Position numbers and translations under genes: made by a program. From contig CAVVLO010000005.1 of the NCBI GenBank assembly GCA_963749155.1, positions 416,001-480,000 on the forward strand: a DNA stretch of 64,000 nucleotides. The letters run 5' to 3'. How positions within the stretch are numbered: the first letter of the stretch is position 1; every line of letters starts with the position of its first letter. The notes under the pieces were generated by a model. It saw only the letters and a list, made by a program, of their open reading frames with translations. It searched no databases and was not told the DNA's origin. This document shows, one piece after another, positions 9,810-18,864 of the stretch. The DNA comes from an uncultured Armatimonadia bacterium. Its GTDB lineage: Bacteria > Armatimonadota > Zipacnadia > CAVVLO01.

Positions 9810-12170
9810 CTAGTTACTCGAAGCAAGCCGTGCCAGGCGCAATTGCTGTGCTTCCAGCAGTCGCTTCAGCCCCGCGTGTTCGGGAGCGGCAAGCTCCGGA
9901 TCGGCCTCAATCAGGTCGAAGGCCTGCTCTCTTGCGCTTCTGAGCAGTTGGGTATCCTCGAAGAGATTGGCTATTTTCAGGTCCGGCAGCCCATGCTGTT
10001 TCGTTCCAAAGAACTCGCCTGGCCCGCGCAGCTCCAAATCCAGCTCCGCCAGCTTGAACCCGTCGGTATATTTCTCAAGCGCCCTCAGGCGCGTCCGGGA
10101 TTCCTCCGAACGCAGGTCGCTGACAAGCAGGCAATAAGACTTGCTTGCTCCCCGGCCAACGCGACCGCGCAACTGATGAAGCTGCGCCAGCCCGAAGCGT
10201 TCCGCGTTCTCGACGACCATCACGGTGGCGTTTGGTACGTCCACCCCGACCTCGATGACGGTGGTGGAGACCAGCGCGCGAAGCTCTCCCGACCGGAAAC
10301 GCTCCATTACCGCCTGGCGTTCAGCGGTAGGCAGCCGGCCATGGGCGAGTCCCACTTCGAAGCCTTTCAGATAGGTCGCCGAGAGTTTTTCGGCAAGTTC
10401 TGTAGCGGCCTCGGCTTCCAGCGCGTCGGAGCCCTCGATGAGCGGGCAGACGATGAAGGCCTGTTCGCCTTCCTGCAGTCGCTCGACAACGAACGCGTAA
10501 GCATACCGCCTGTCACCAAGAGAGTAAAGTTTAGTTTCGACAGGTTTTCGGCCTGCGGGTAGCTCGTCCAGGGTGGATACGTCCAGGTCGCCGTAAACGG
10601 TGAGAGCAAGCGTCCGCGGTATGGGCGTTGCCGACATCGCCAGCATATGCGGAGCGCCTCCCTTCGAGCGCAAGGCCTCGCGCTGCGCAACGCCAAATCG
10701 GTGCTGCTCATCCACAACCAGCAGGCCCAGATTGGCGAACTCGACCTGCTTCTGAAACAGCGCGTGGGTGCCGATAGCGACGTCCAGTTTACCCTCTGCC
10801 AGAGCTGTCAGCAGTCGCTTGCGCTCTGCCTGAGGTTGGCTGCCGGTCAGCAAGGCAAAAGTGAGCCCAGCTTTTTCCAGCAGGTCGGCAAGCGACCTGG
10901 CGTGCTGCTCGGCCAGCAGTTCGGTTGGCGCCATTATCGCCGACTGGAAGCCATTGTGGGCTGCCAGCAGCATCGCTGCACAAGCGACCAGCGTCTTGCC
11001 CGAGCCGACATCGCCGTGCAGGAGCCGGTTCATCGGATGGGGCGAACACATATCTCGTGACAGGTCGTTGACGGCCCGTTTCTGCGCGTTGGTAAGCTGG
11101 AAGGGCAACAAGGCCTTCAGCTTCTGGCGAAATCCCTCGTCCAGCTTGAAAACAGGACTCTCGGGGGTTCTTGCTTCCTGCCGGCGTCTGGCCACCACAA
11201 GCTGCAGAATCAGCAATTCTTCGAAAGCAAGTCGCTTGCGGGCTTGCTCCTTGTCCAGGAAGGAATCTGGGTAGTGGATTTGCCTGAGCGCCGGGGCCAG
11301 GGGCACCAGTTTCTCTTCGGCAAGCAGCCTGAGAGGGAAGGGCTCTTCCACCTGGGGCAGCGCGCGCTCGAGGGCTTGCCAGGCAAGTTTGCGTACCAGC
11401 CACTGCCCAAGCCCCTTCGTAAGACCGTAGACTGGCACGATGCGGCCAATGGAGAGCGAATCTTCCTCGCGCACCAGCTCGCATTCAGGCGCCGATAGCT
11501 CTGTTATGCCGCCGTAGGCCCGGGCTTTTCCATAACAATAAAGGCGCGCCCCGACCTTGAACTGGCCTTGCCTGAAGCTCTGGTTGAACCAGACCAGATA
11601 ACCTCGCCCCGAGGCATCGGCGATGGGTACTTTGGTTATGCTCTTGCCGCCTCTGATGCGCTGGGTTTCGCCCTCGCCGGTCACCTCGACGCAGACCGGC
11701 TGCTTCATCCCCGAGCGCAAATCGGCAAGTCGCGCCAGGCTGGTTCGATCTTCGTGCCGGAGGGGATAATAACGTAAGAGGTCGCCGACCGTCGCCAGGC
11801 CCAGCGGTTCGAGAAGGCTTACTCTTTTGCCCACGCCGAATAATTCGGTGAGAGGAGCTTCTGGGGAGAGCGGGGCTCCAGCACGGAACTCGGCTTTCGG
11901 GTCGGCGGCCTCCGGATCCAGCCAGCGTATCAATCCGTTAAGCAACTTGCGCCGTTCGGGCAAGGTCAGGTGAGCATAATTTTTCAATTGCTCGAGGGCT
12001 TTCTCGCACCGGTCTTCAGGCAATCCTGCTGCTAGTAAAGCTGTTCTCGCCTGGCTGGCAAGCGCCGCGAAACCGCCAGCGACGGCGCTGTCGTTGCATC
12101 CCAGGGCTCGTTCGCGCAGCGCCGCGTCGAGCACCAGGTCAGGCTCGGATTGTGGCTGCTCGGTTGCCAT
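9810..12170 (-). CDS. recG: ATP-dependent DNA helicase RecG
   Basis: GDVGSGKT, DEQHRFG, SATPIPRTL and QLHQLRGRVGRG motifs; OB wedge domain. Confidence 0.97.
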   Translation of the reverse strand: MATEQPQSEPDLVLDAALRERALGCNDSAVAGGFAALASQARTALLAAGLPEDRCEKALEQLKNYAHLTLPERRKLLNGLIRWLDPEAADPKAEFRAGAPLSPEAPLTELFGVGKRVSLLEPLGLATVGDLLRYYPLRHEDRTSLARLADLRSGMKQPVCVEVTGEGETQRIRGGKSITKVPIADASGRGYLVWFNQSFRQGQFKVGARLYCYGKARAYGGITELSAPECELVREEDSLSIGRIVPVYGLTKGLGQWLVRKLAWQALERALPQVEEPFPLRLLAEEKLVPLAPALRQIHYPDSFLDKEQARKRLAFEELLILQLVVARRRQEARTPESPVFKLDEGFRQKLKALLPFQLTNAQKRAVNDLSRDMCSPHPMNRLLHGDVGSGKTLVACAAMLLAAHNGFQSAIMAPTELLAEQHARSLADLLEKAGLTFALLTGSQPQAERKRLLTALAEGKLDVAIGTHALFQKQVEFANLGLLVVDEQHRFGVAQREALRSKGGAPHMLAMSATPIPRTLALTVYGDLDVSTLDELPAGRKPVETKLYSLGDRRYAYAFVVERLQEGEQAFIVCPLIEGSDALEAEAATELAEKLSATYLKGFEVGLAHGRLPTAERQAVMERFRSGELRALVSTTVIEVGVDVPNATVMVVENAERFGLAQLHQLRGRVGRGASKSYCLLVSDLRSEESRTRLRALEKYTDGFKLAELDLELRGPGEFFGTKQHGLPDLKIANLFEDTQLLRSAREQAFDLIEADPELAAPEHAGLKRLLEAQQLRLARLASSN

Positions 12171-12250
12171 ATTTGCTGCAAGGGAAGGTACACATCGAAC
12201 GCCGCTCGGTCAAGCGGGAACCTGGCGCGGGCGTTCGCTTCCTTCTGGGG

Positions 12251-12762
12251 GTGTCTCGGGAGCTTGCTCCCGAGACTCTAATTAGGTGCTCGAAGAAGGC
12301 TGGGCGGGTCTCAGACCCGCCCCTACTAAAGAGCCGATGGACCGAAAGAAGCCTTTTGTGGAGCAAGCGCTCAAAACGCCTATATGGCCCAAGCTTCCTT
12401 TGCGCTGTAATGCCTCAGATGTAGGGGCGGGTCTGAGACCCGCCCAGCTGACCTGTTCCGGGCCAACGCCCATGGTTTCGGGAGTCTCCGCTCCCGAAAC
12501 CTTAAGGTTTTATGTAGGGGCGGGTCTGAGACCCGCCCAGCTTAAAAGAACCAAGTGCCAGTGCGAAAGGCAAGGGCGGGCTATGCCCGCCGGGTGGAGA
12601 GCCAAAGGCGAAAAACAAGGGCGGGCTGACGCCCGCCAATTTATGGGAAAAGCTTAAGGCTGAAGTGCCAAGGCATAAAGGCGCGGGGGCATCGCCCCCG
12701 CCCCCCCGCTAGTTGGCAATCTCAGGCGCTGGAAGGTTTCGGGAGCAAAGTTCCCGAGACAC
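12251..12762. repeat. Intergenic cluster of palindromic REP-like repeats (BIME-like mosaic, four families)
   Basis: A: GTAGGGGCGGGTCTGAGACCCGCCCAGC at 12299-12326 (-), 12421-12448 (+) and 12514-12541 (+). B: GTYTCGGGAG..YTCCCGARAC at 12253-12276, 12474-12501 and 12736-12760. C: CAAGGGCGGGCT..GCCCGCC at 12571-12591 and 12616-12637. D at 12682-12714. Confidence 0.9.
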
Positions 12763-12812
12763 GCGAGAACCTGGCGTGGCCGGAAGCGTCTATATAAGAA
12801 AAAGGAGCTTCT

Positions 12813-15800
12813 ATGGCCAACTCACAATTTCGGCTTTGGCTTGGTATTTGCCTGCTCCTCCTGTTGCTTGCCTCCTGGCAGGCCTTTCCTGCCGTTGTCG
12901 GCCGGTCGCTGGACGATGGCCGCTTGGCTTTTTATCCCCCTGTCGTGGGCGCCTGGGCGGATGAATACACTGACCTCGTGAGCTTCGACTGGAGCGGGGC
13001 AACTTCCGCCGAAGCGCTTTCTATCACCCTCTGGGATATGCACGGCGGGATTTTCGAATATTCCACCCAGCTTGAAGGTCGCGCGGCGCCCGAAGATTCC
13101 GAAGTAGAAGTCCCTCTGTCAGCTTTCCGCCGGACTGGTCAAAGCTCTGCGGCCTCCTTTAACGCGGTGGATCCGCGTTGTATCTCTTTTGTGGCGGCTT
13201 ATGATCCCTCGGGTAAAGATGATTTTTCAGGCGAACTCGAATTTATCCAGTCTGGCGCCAGTTGGGGAAGGCAGCTGAGCTCCCGGCTGAGCCTGGCGCA
13301 TAACCTGGCTGCCAGGCATGGAGCGCGCGGACTCAATTTTCAAGACGCTGAAGACGCGCTGCGCAAGGGAGATCTGTCGCGGGCGGATTCGCTTTCCAGT
13401 GACCTGCGTGACGCTTTACGCGACCTGGATGAGGCGCTAGAACGACTCGAACGCACCAGGTTTGCTCTGGAGTCGCTTGGAGGCGCTTCTGGACGCCGCC
13501 TTGGACCGCTGCAGGAGATACGCCAGCTCAACTCCGAACTCGGTCGAGACTTGAACCAGGCACGGACTCCTTCAGCAATCGGGGCCGTAGTGCGCCAAAT
13601 CGACGCTGTGCAACGCCAGGGCGATTCAGCGCTTGCAGAAATCCTGGGCGCTCCGCTTCAAGAGGGAGTCTCCTATCGCGGCTTTGGCCACTTCGGCTGG
13701 AGCGTCACAAGCGGCGCCCAGTGGTGCAATTTCACAGGCGAGGGGCTTGCCCTCACCAGCCCAGGCAAGCCACGCTTCGAGCTGGTGTTTGGCGTGCCAG
13801 GCGCTGAGCGCGCGCCTTCCGACTTCGAGACCGACCGGCTGCCTGATTTCCTGCCCGCGGGCGAAACTGTCAGCTTCGACTGGCGTTGGCCTGGTTACAA
13901 GGACGCTTCCGCCGACTGGACTACCGCCAAGCTCCGCTGGAATTACGAAGTGGCCGGAGGCTCGGTGCCGCTCTCGCTGACCTGGGGCGAGCTTGCCCCT
14001 GGCGCTTTGCTCTCGACCGAGGCTGCCTCGCTTGAGTTCTCGGCGCGCGGGGCAGGAAGCCCGCTTTCCGAAATCCTGATTCCCGCGGCTCAGGGCCTTG
14101 TGCGACTGCCTGCCGCAAGCCTTGCCAGCTACAATCCGGCCGCGCTGGCTGCTGGCTGGATTATCGCGCTATGGGGCAGCGGCCCTTCCGCGCAGCCGGT
14201 GCAGTTGGTATTTCAACATCGCCCGCTTGCCTTGCGACTGGAAAGAGGCGCCCTGATTGTCGACTGGGCTGGGCCTGCTGGTTATGTGGGCGTAGCGCCT
14301 TTGCCCTGGACCGAGCAGCAAGCCCTGGCCAATGTCGAGATCGTGGCTTCGCTCCTGCGCAACTATCCAGTGCGCTGCATCGAGTGGTTCGTCACCCGGG
14401 AGGATTCGGTCTGGGTACGCGATCAATATGATTATGTGCGCTTCGCTGACGATTTTGGAAGCAAGCCAGTAGACCTCGCGCCCATCCCGCCCTGGGTCAG
14501 CACCGCAATCGCGCGCGGGTTGCCTGTGAGAGTGCTTGCTGAACCGCTGCCGGCTGTTTCCCGGGCAAGTGGGGCCCTTGCCGGTATGTAGAAGCCAACG
14601 CGGTTGAATATACCCTTCCGCTACCTCGGGGCGGTCACTATGTGGCGCTGAGGCCGGCCCGAGACAACAGGCAGAGTCAGGCTCTCGACGACTGGGCGCG
14701 CGACTGGCTGGATGACCAGACAGGCTGGCTTGCAAGCCCGCGGCAGATGCCTCGCGATGTCACGATGGACGGCTGGAGCCAGATCGCCCAGTGCTGGTCT
14801 TTCCTCTCGCAGGGCACGCGCTGGCAATTGCTGGACAAGTGGCCGCGAGCCGCGATGGGGGCGCTCATCCCCGAGTCCTGGCGACTGCGCGTAGAACCGC
14901 TTTCAGGTTCTCAGTATTGGGTCTGCTCCGAATGGGGCAGAATCGAACGGGACGATCAACTCGCGCCCGTAGGGCCTGAGATTGCCCGCGCGCTTTATGG
15001 TCTGGCCGACTTTGCCCGGTATACCGGGCGCTGGGAAGAGCTCGCCGAAAAAGGATACCTCATCGACCGGATGGCTCAGTATATCTCTCGCGCCTCCGGC
15101 TGGGCCGTGCCTGCGCCAGGGGCGCTTGAATCCGGTGAAAGGGTAGACGCCGACACCCTGATCAACTCGTATGGGGCAAGCCTTGCCTACGCCAAGCTGG
15201 CCGCCGCGCTGGGCAAGCAGGAGAAGGCCGACTTCGGCTGGTATCTGGCCGCCCGGCTCTCGATTGCGTTGCTGCTGCGTTTTGAAGGATTTGGCTTCCA
15301 AAGTTATGAGGCTCAGATCGGCCGGCCCGCTTACCATACTGGAATACGATGAACACGCTGGGCCCAGGTCAGTTGGACGCGGCGCCAGCGACCTGCTTAT
15401 GGACCTTCTGGCCGCGCCAACAATCTCGCCGGAAACCGCCGATCTCTATGTCGAAGTAGCGCCTGTCGCGCTCGCCCGGTTGGCAGGCGAGGCGGCTCAA
15501 AGTGGCGGAAGGGGCGAGGATGACCTCTTCTCCTTCCTGGCCGCGCGGTGCGCGCTTTCGGCTTCTCCTGAAGAAGTAGAACCGCTCTTCTCGGCCTGGG
15601 GCACAAAACGTCCCTCCCTCGAGTGGTGGCCCCAATACGCCTGGGCGATGGGCTATCGTGCCCCTGTAAGCCTGTCCGAATGGCTGCCTGGCAGGCTTGA
15701 CGATATGCGCTTTGACCTGGCGACAGGGGGCATCGAGGTGGACGTAAACTCCGAGCTGCCCTTCACCCTCACAGCGCGCCTTCCCGCCTGGCGCAGTCTG

Positions 15801-15905
15801 CGTCCTGTGGGAGGCTCCACTTCGGCCTACAGCCCCTGGGACGATTCGGTAAGGCTGCTTTCGGTGCGGATGTCGGCAGGCCAATACTCTGCAACAGTGC
15901 GTTAA
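12813..15905 (+). CDS. Large secreted hypothetical protein (~1030 aa), possibly carbohydrate-active; split by two frameshifts
   Basis: AGGAG RBS and signal peptide; three successive ORF-track frames (12813-14591, 14642-15352, 15171-15905) join at about 14565 and 15340 into a continuous Trp/Tyr-rich protein. Confidence 0.7.
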
Positions 15906-15929
15906 TTGCCGCGCCAAAACGCCTTCCGT

Positions 15930-15959
15930 TTGACAAAAGGAAGCCCATACTGCCACAAT
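15930..15959 (+). promoter_or_regulatory. Putative sigma70 promoter of leuA
   Basis: TTGACA, 18-nt spacer ending in TGn, then CACAAT (extended -10-like). Confidence 0.5.
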
Positions 15960-16038
15960 CCAGTCAGGACAGGAGGCTTCAAGGCCTTCTGCTCCGTATT
16001 CCAAGGCTGTCGCGCAGCCGAACCAACAGGTGAGAGTG

Positions 16039-17559
16039 ATGTCAGAGAAAGTCTGGATATTCGACACGACTCTGCGCGACGGCGAGCAATCGCCGGGCGC
16101 GAGCATGAACCTCGATGAGAAACTCGAGCTTGCCCTGCTACTAGCCCGGCTCAAGGTGGATGTCATCGAGGCTGGTTTCCCCATCTCTTCGGAAGGGGAT
16201 TTCGAGGCCGTACAACTGGTCGCGCGCGAAGTAAAAGGGCCAGCTATCGCGGGTCTTTCCAGATGCCGCAAAGAAGATATCGAAGCGGTCTGGAACGCGG
16301 TCAAGTACGCCGAGAGGCCACTTATCCATACCTTCATCGCAACTTCGCCCATCCATATGGAGCGCAAGCTGAAGATGAGTCCGGATGAGGTGCTGGCCTC
16401 TGCTATCGAACATGTCAAGTTCGCTCGAAGCCTTTGCGAGACCGTTGAGTTCTCCGCTGAGGATGCCGGCAGGACTGATATCGACTTCCTGTGCAAGGTG
16501 GTCGAAGAGGTTATCAAGGCCGGCGCGAGCGTCGTCAATATACCCGACACGGTGGGCTACACGCTGCCCTGGGAGTTCGAGGCGCGCCTGCGCGCAGTTA
16601 TGGAGCGGGTGCCAAATGTGGGCGATGCAATAATCTCCGTCCACTGCCACAACGACCTGGGATTGGCGGTCGCCAACTCGCTCGGGGCCGTGCGCGCCGG
16701 AGCGCGTCAGGTCGAGTGCACCATCAACGGGCTTGGAGAGCGCGCGGGCAACTGCGCCCTCGAAGAGGTCGTTATGGCCATCAAGACCCGCCCGGATGCT
16801 TTTGCTACGGAGGTCCACACCGACATCGACACTTCGCAGATAATGAAGTGCAGCCGGATGGTCACCGAGATAACGGGCATCCAGGTGCAACCGAACAAAG
16901 CTATCGTAGGCGCCAATGCCTTCGCCCACGAGGCGGGCATCCACCAGCACGGGGTTATGGTGGAGAAACGCACCTACGAGATAATGGATGCCGAGGCCGT
17001 AGGGCTGACCGAGTCCAAACTGGTGCTCGGCAAGCATAGCGGCCGGCATGCCTTCCGCAAGAAGCTGATTGAGCTTGGCTTCGAGCTGGACCAGAAAGAG
17101 GAAGAGAAGGCCTTCCGGCGCTTCAAGCAACTCGCAGACGCCAAGAAGGACATCTACGATGAGGATATCGCCTCTATCGTAGCCGACGAGGTGCGGCAGG
17201 TGCCCGAGACCTTCACGCTGGACTATGTCACCGTGATTGCTGGCTCGCCCGTAAAGGCGACCGCGACGGTCAGCCTGATGAAGGGCGAGGAACGCATCGA
17301 CCACGCGGCGATTGGCGTGGGGCCGATAGATTCCATCTACAAGGCCATTTCTGATGTGGTGAAAGTCGAGCACACGCTGGTGGACTTCTCGGTGAAGTCT
17401 ATCTCCGGCGGTACCGATGCGCTGGGCGAGGTCACCGTCAAACTTGGCAAGGGCGACCGGATGTATCTGGGGCGCGGCTCCGAGATGGATATCCTCGTTT
17501 CGGCTGCCAAGGCCTATCTCAATGCGCTGAACAAGATGGTCTACGACGAGAAGAACTAA
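16039..17559 (+). CDS. leuA: 2-isopropylmalate synthase
   Basis: FDTTLRDGEQSPG, HCHNDLG, GERAGN, LGKHSGRH and a C-terminal regulatory domain. Confidence 0.97.
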   Translation: MSEKVWIFDTTLRDGEQSPGASMNLDEKLELALLLARLKVDVIEAGFPISSEGDFEAVQLVAREVKGPAIAGLSRCRKEDIEAVWNAVKYAERPLIHTFIATSPIHMERKLKMSPDEVLASAIEHVKFARSLCETVEFSAEDAGRTDIDFLCKVVEEVIKAGASVVNIPDTVGYTLPWEFEARLRAVMERVPNVGDAIISVHCHNDLGLAVANSLGAVRAGARQVECTINGLGERAGNCALEEVVMAIKTRPDAFATEVHTDIDTSQIMKCSRMVTEITGIQVQPNKAIVGANAFAHEAGIHQHGVMVEKRTYEIMDAEAVGLTESKLVLGKHSGRHAFRKKLIELGFELDQKEEEKAFRRFKQLADAKKDIYDEDIASIVADEVRQVPETFTLDYVTVIAGSPVKATATVSLMKGEERIDHAAIGVGPIDSIYKAISDVVKVEHTLVDFSVKSISGGTDALGEVTVKLGKGDRMYLGRGSEMDILVSAAKAYLNALNKMVYDEKN

Positions 17560-17583
17560 CAATCTTCGCGCTGCGCGAACAGC

Positions 17584-17620
17584 AACCGGGTCTTCCGCAA
17601 GGGAGGCCCGGTTTTTATTT
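17584..17620 (+). terminator. Rho-independent terminator after leuA
   Basis: AACCGGGTCTTCC-GCAA-GGGAGGCCCGGTT followed by TTTATTT. Confidence 0.85.
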
Positions 17621-17667
17621 GGCAAGTGGGTTTCGCAAGACTGGCCGGTCTGCTAATCTGCCCCTCT

Positions 17668-18864
17668 ATGAAGCTACCCGAACTTGGCTGGAACAGGCCT
17701 CTCAAACTTATGGCTGCTGCCACCGTCTTCTTCTCGCTGGGGATGGGCTTGCAGATTGCCATTTTTTTCAACTTCCTCAACTGGCACAACATCGATCCAG
17801 GTCAGCTTGGCTTGCTGGAATCTCTGCGCGAGACCCCGGGCTTTTTTTCCGCGGCCCTGACCGCGCTGGTCGCCTGGCTGCCCGAGCCAATCGCCGCAGG
17901 GCTTTCGGTGCTTGTTATGGCGCTTGGCTACTATGGTTATCACTTTGTCACCAGCTATTCAGGCATCGTGGTGATGTCGGTACTCTGGAGCACTGGCTTG
18001 CATCTCTGGATGCCCCTCTCTCAGGCCATAATTATGGACTCGTCCGAAAAGGGCAAAGAGGGCGCCCGGATGGGCGAGCTTGGCGCCGTTGCTGCCATTG
18101 CTTCCCTCTTCGGGATGGCTTTTGCCGCCTTTATGGGGAAGGGCGTCGAGAGGCCGGACTACCTCTTGCTGTTCACGATATCCGCAATTTTGGTGGGTTT
18201 ATCGTCGGTCTTCCTCTTCCAGATACGTCTGAAGAAGCATCTGGACAGGCCCAAAGTGGCGTGGAGCTTCGACAAGAAGCTCTCACTTTACTACTGGATG
18301 TCCCTTCTGCAAGGGGCGCGCAAGCAAGTTTTCATCACTTTTGCGGTCTATGTGCTGGTCAAAGAATACGAACAGCCGATGTCTACTATCGCCCTGCTGA
18401 TGGTAGTCAATACTTTTGTGACTATGCTGGCTCAGCCAGTGATAGGCCGACTGATAGACAGGATAGGCGAACGGAGCTCGCTAATTATAAGCTTCGGCTC
18501 GCTGATACCAGTCTTCATTGGCTACGCGTATTCGCCCAATGTGTATGTGCTGTATGCCCTCTTTATCCTGGACAATGCGCTGTACCCGCTTTCTAACGCG
18601 CTGCATACCTATGTCAAACGCGAGCATCCTGACGCAGATCTGAAGACCACTTATGCGATGGGCGTGACGATGAACCACGCCGCCGCGGTTACCGTGCCAC
18701 TGGTCGGCGGGCTTATCTGGGCTCAATATGGTTACCGATTGCCCTTCCTCTTCGGCGCGCTGCTCTCGCTCGTTGCGGTCTTTGTGGCAATGAAATTGCG
18801 CATCACCTGGCAGGACGCCGCCCGGAAGGCCGAAGTCGCGCCTGAGGAAGTCCGCCTGCCATGA
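17668..18864 (+). CDS. MFS transporter
   Basis: About 12 hydrophobic segments and a GRLIDRIGER motif; start uncertain (ORF track gives 17626). Confidence 0.88.
   Translation: MKLPELGWNRPLKLMAAATVFFSLGMGLQIAIFFNFLNWHNIDPGQLGLLESLRETPGFFSAALTALVAWLPEPIAAGLSVLVMALGYYGYHFVTSYSGIVVMSVLWSTGLHLWMPLSQAIIMDSSEKGKEGARMGELGAVAAIASLFGMAFAAFMGKGVERPDYLLLFTISAILVGLSSVFLFQIRLKKHLDRPKVAWSFDKKLSLYYWMSLLQGARKQVFITFAVYVLVKEYEQPMSTIALLMVVNTFVTMLAQPVIGRLIDRIGERSSLIISFGSLIPVFIGYAYSPNVYVLYALFILDNALYPLSNALHTYVKREHPDADLKTTYAMGVTMNHAAAVTVPLVGGLIWAQYGYRLPFLFGALLSLVAVFVAMKLRITWQDAARKAEVAPEEVRLP

Noticed and set aside
12299..12541. CRISPR array (three 28-bp palindromic repeats)
   Set aside because: One copy is inverted, spacers are 94 and 65 bp and contain other hairpins, and no cas genes are present; a GTAG-REP fits better.
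12139..12657. ORFs crossing the repeat cluster (e.g. 12286-12657 with VGAGLRPA repeats)
   Set aside because: The peptide repeats are simply translations of the REP sequences; no family similarity recognised.
16141..17625. Long antisense ORFs (494 aa opposite leuA, 526 aa at 52594-54174 and many others)
   Set aside because: Shadow ORFs expected from high-GC codon bias opposite well-supported genes.
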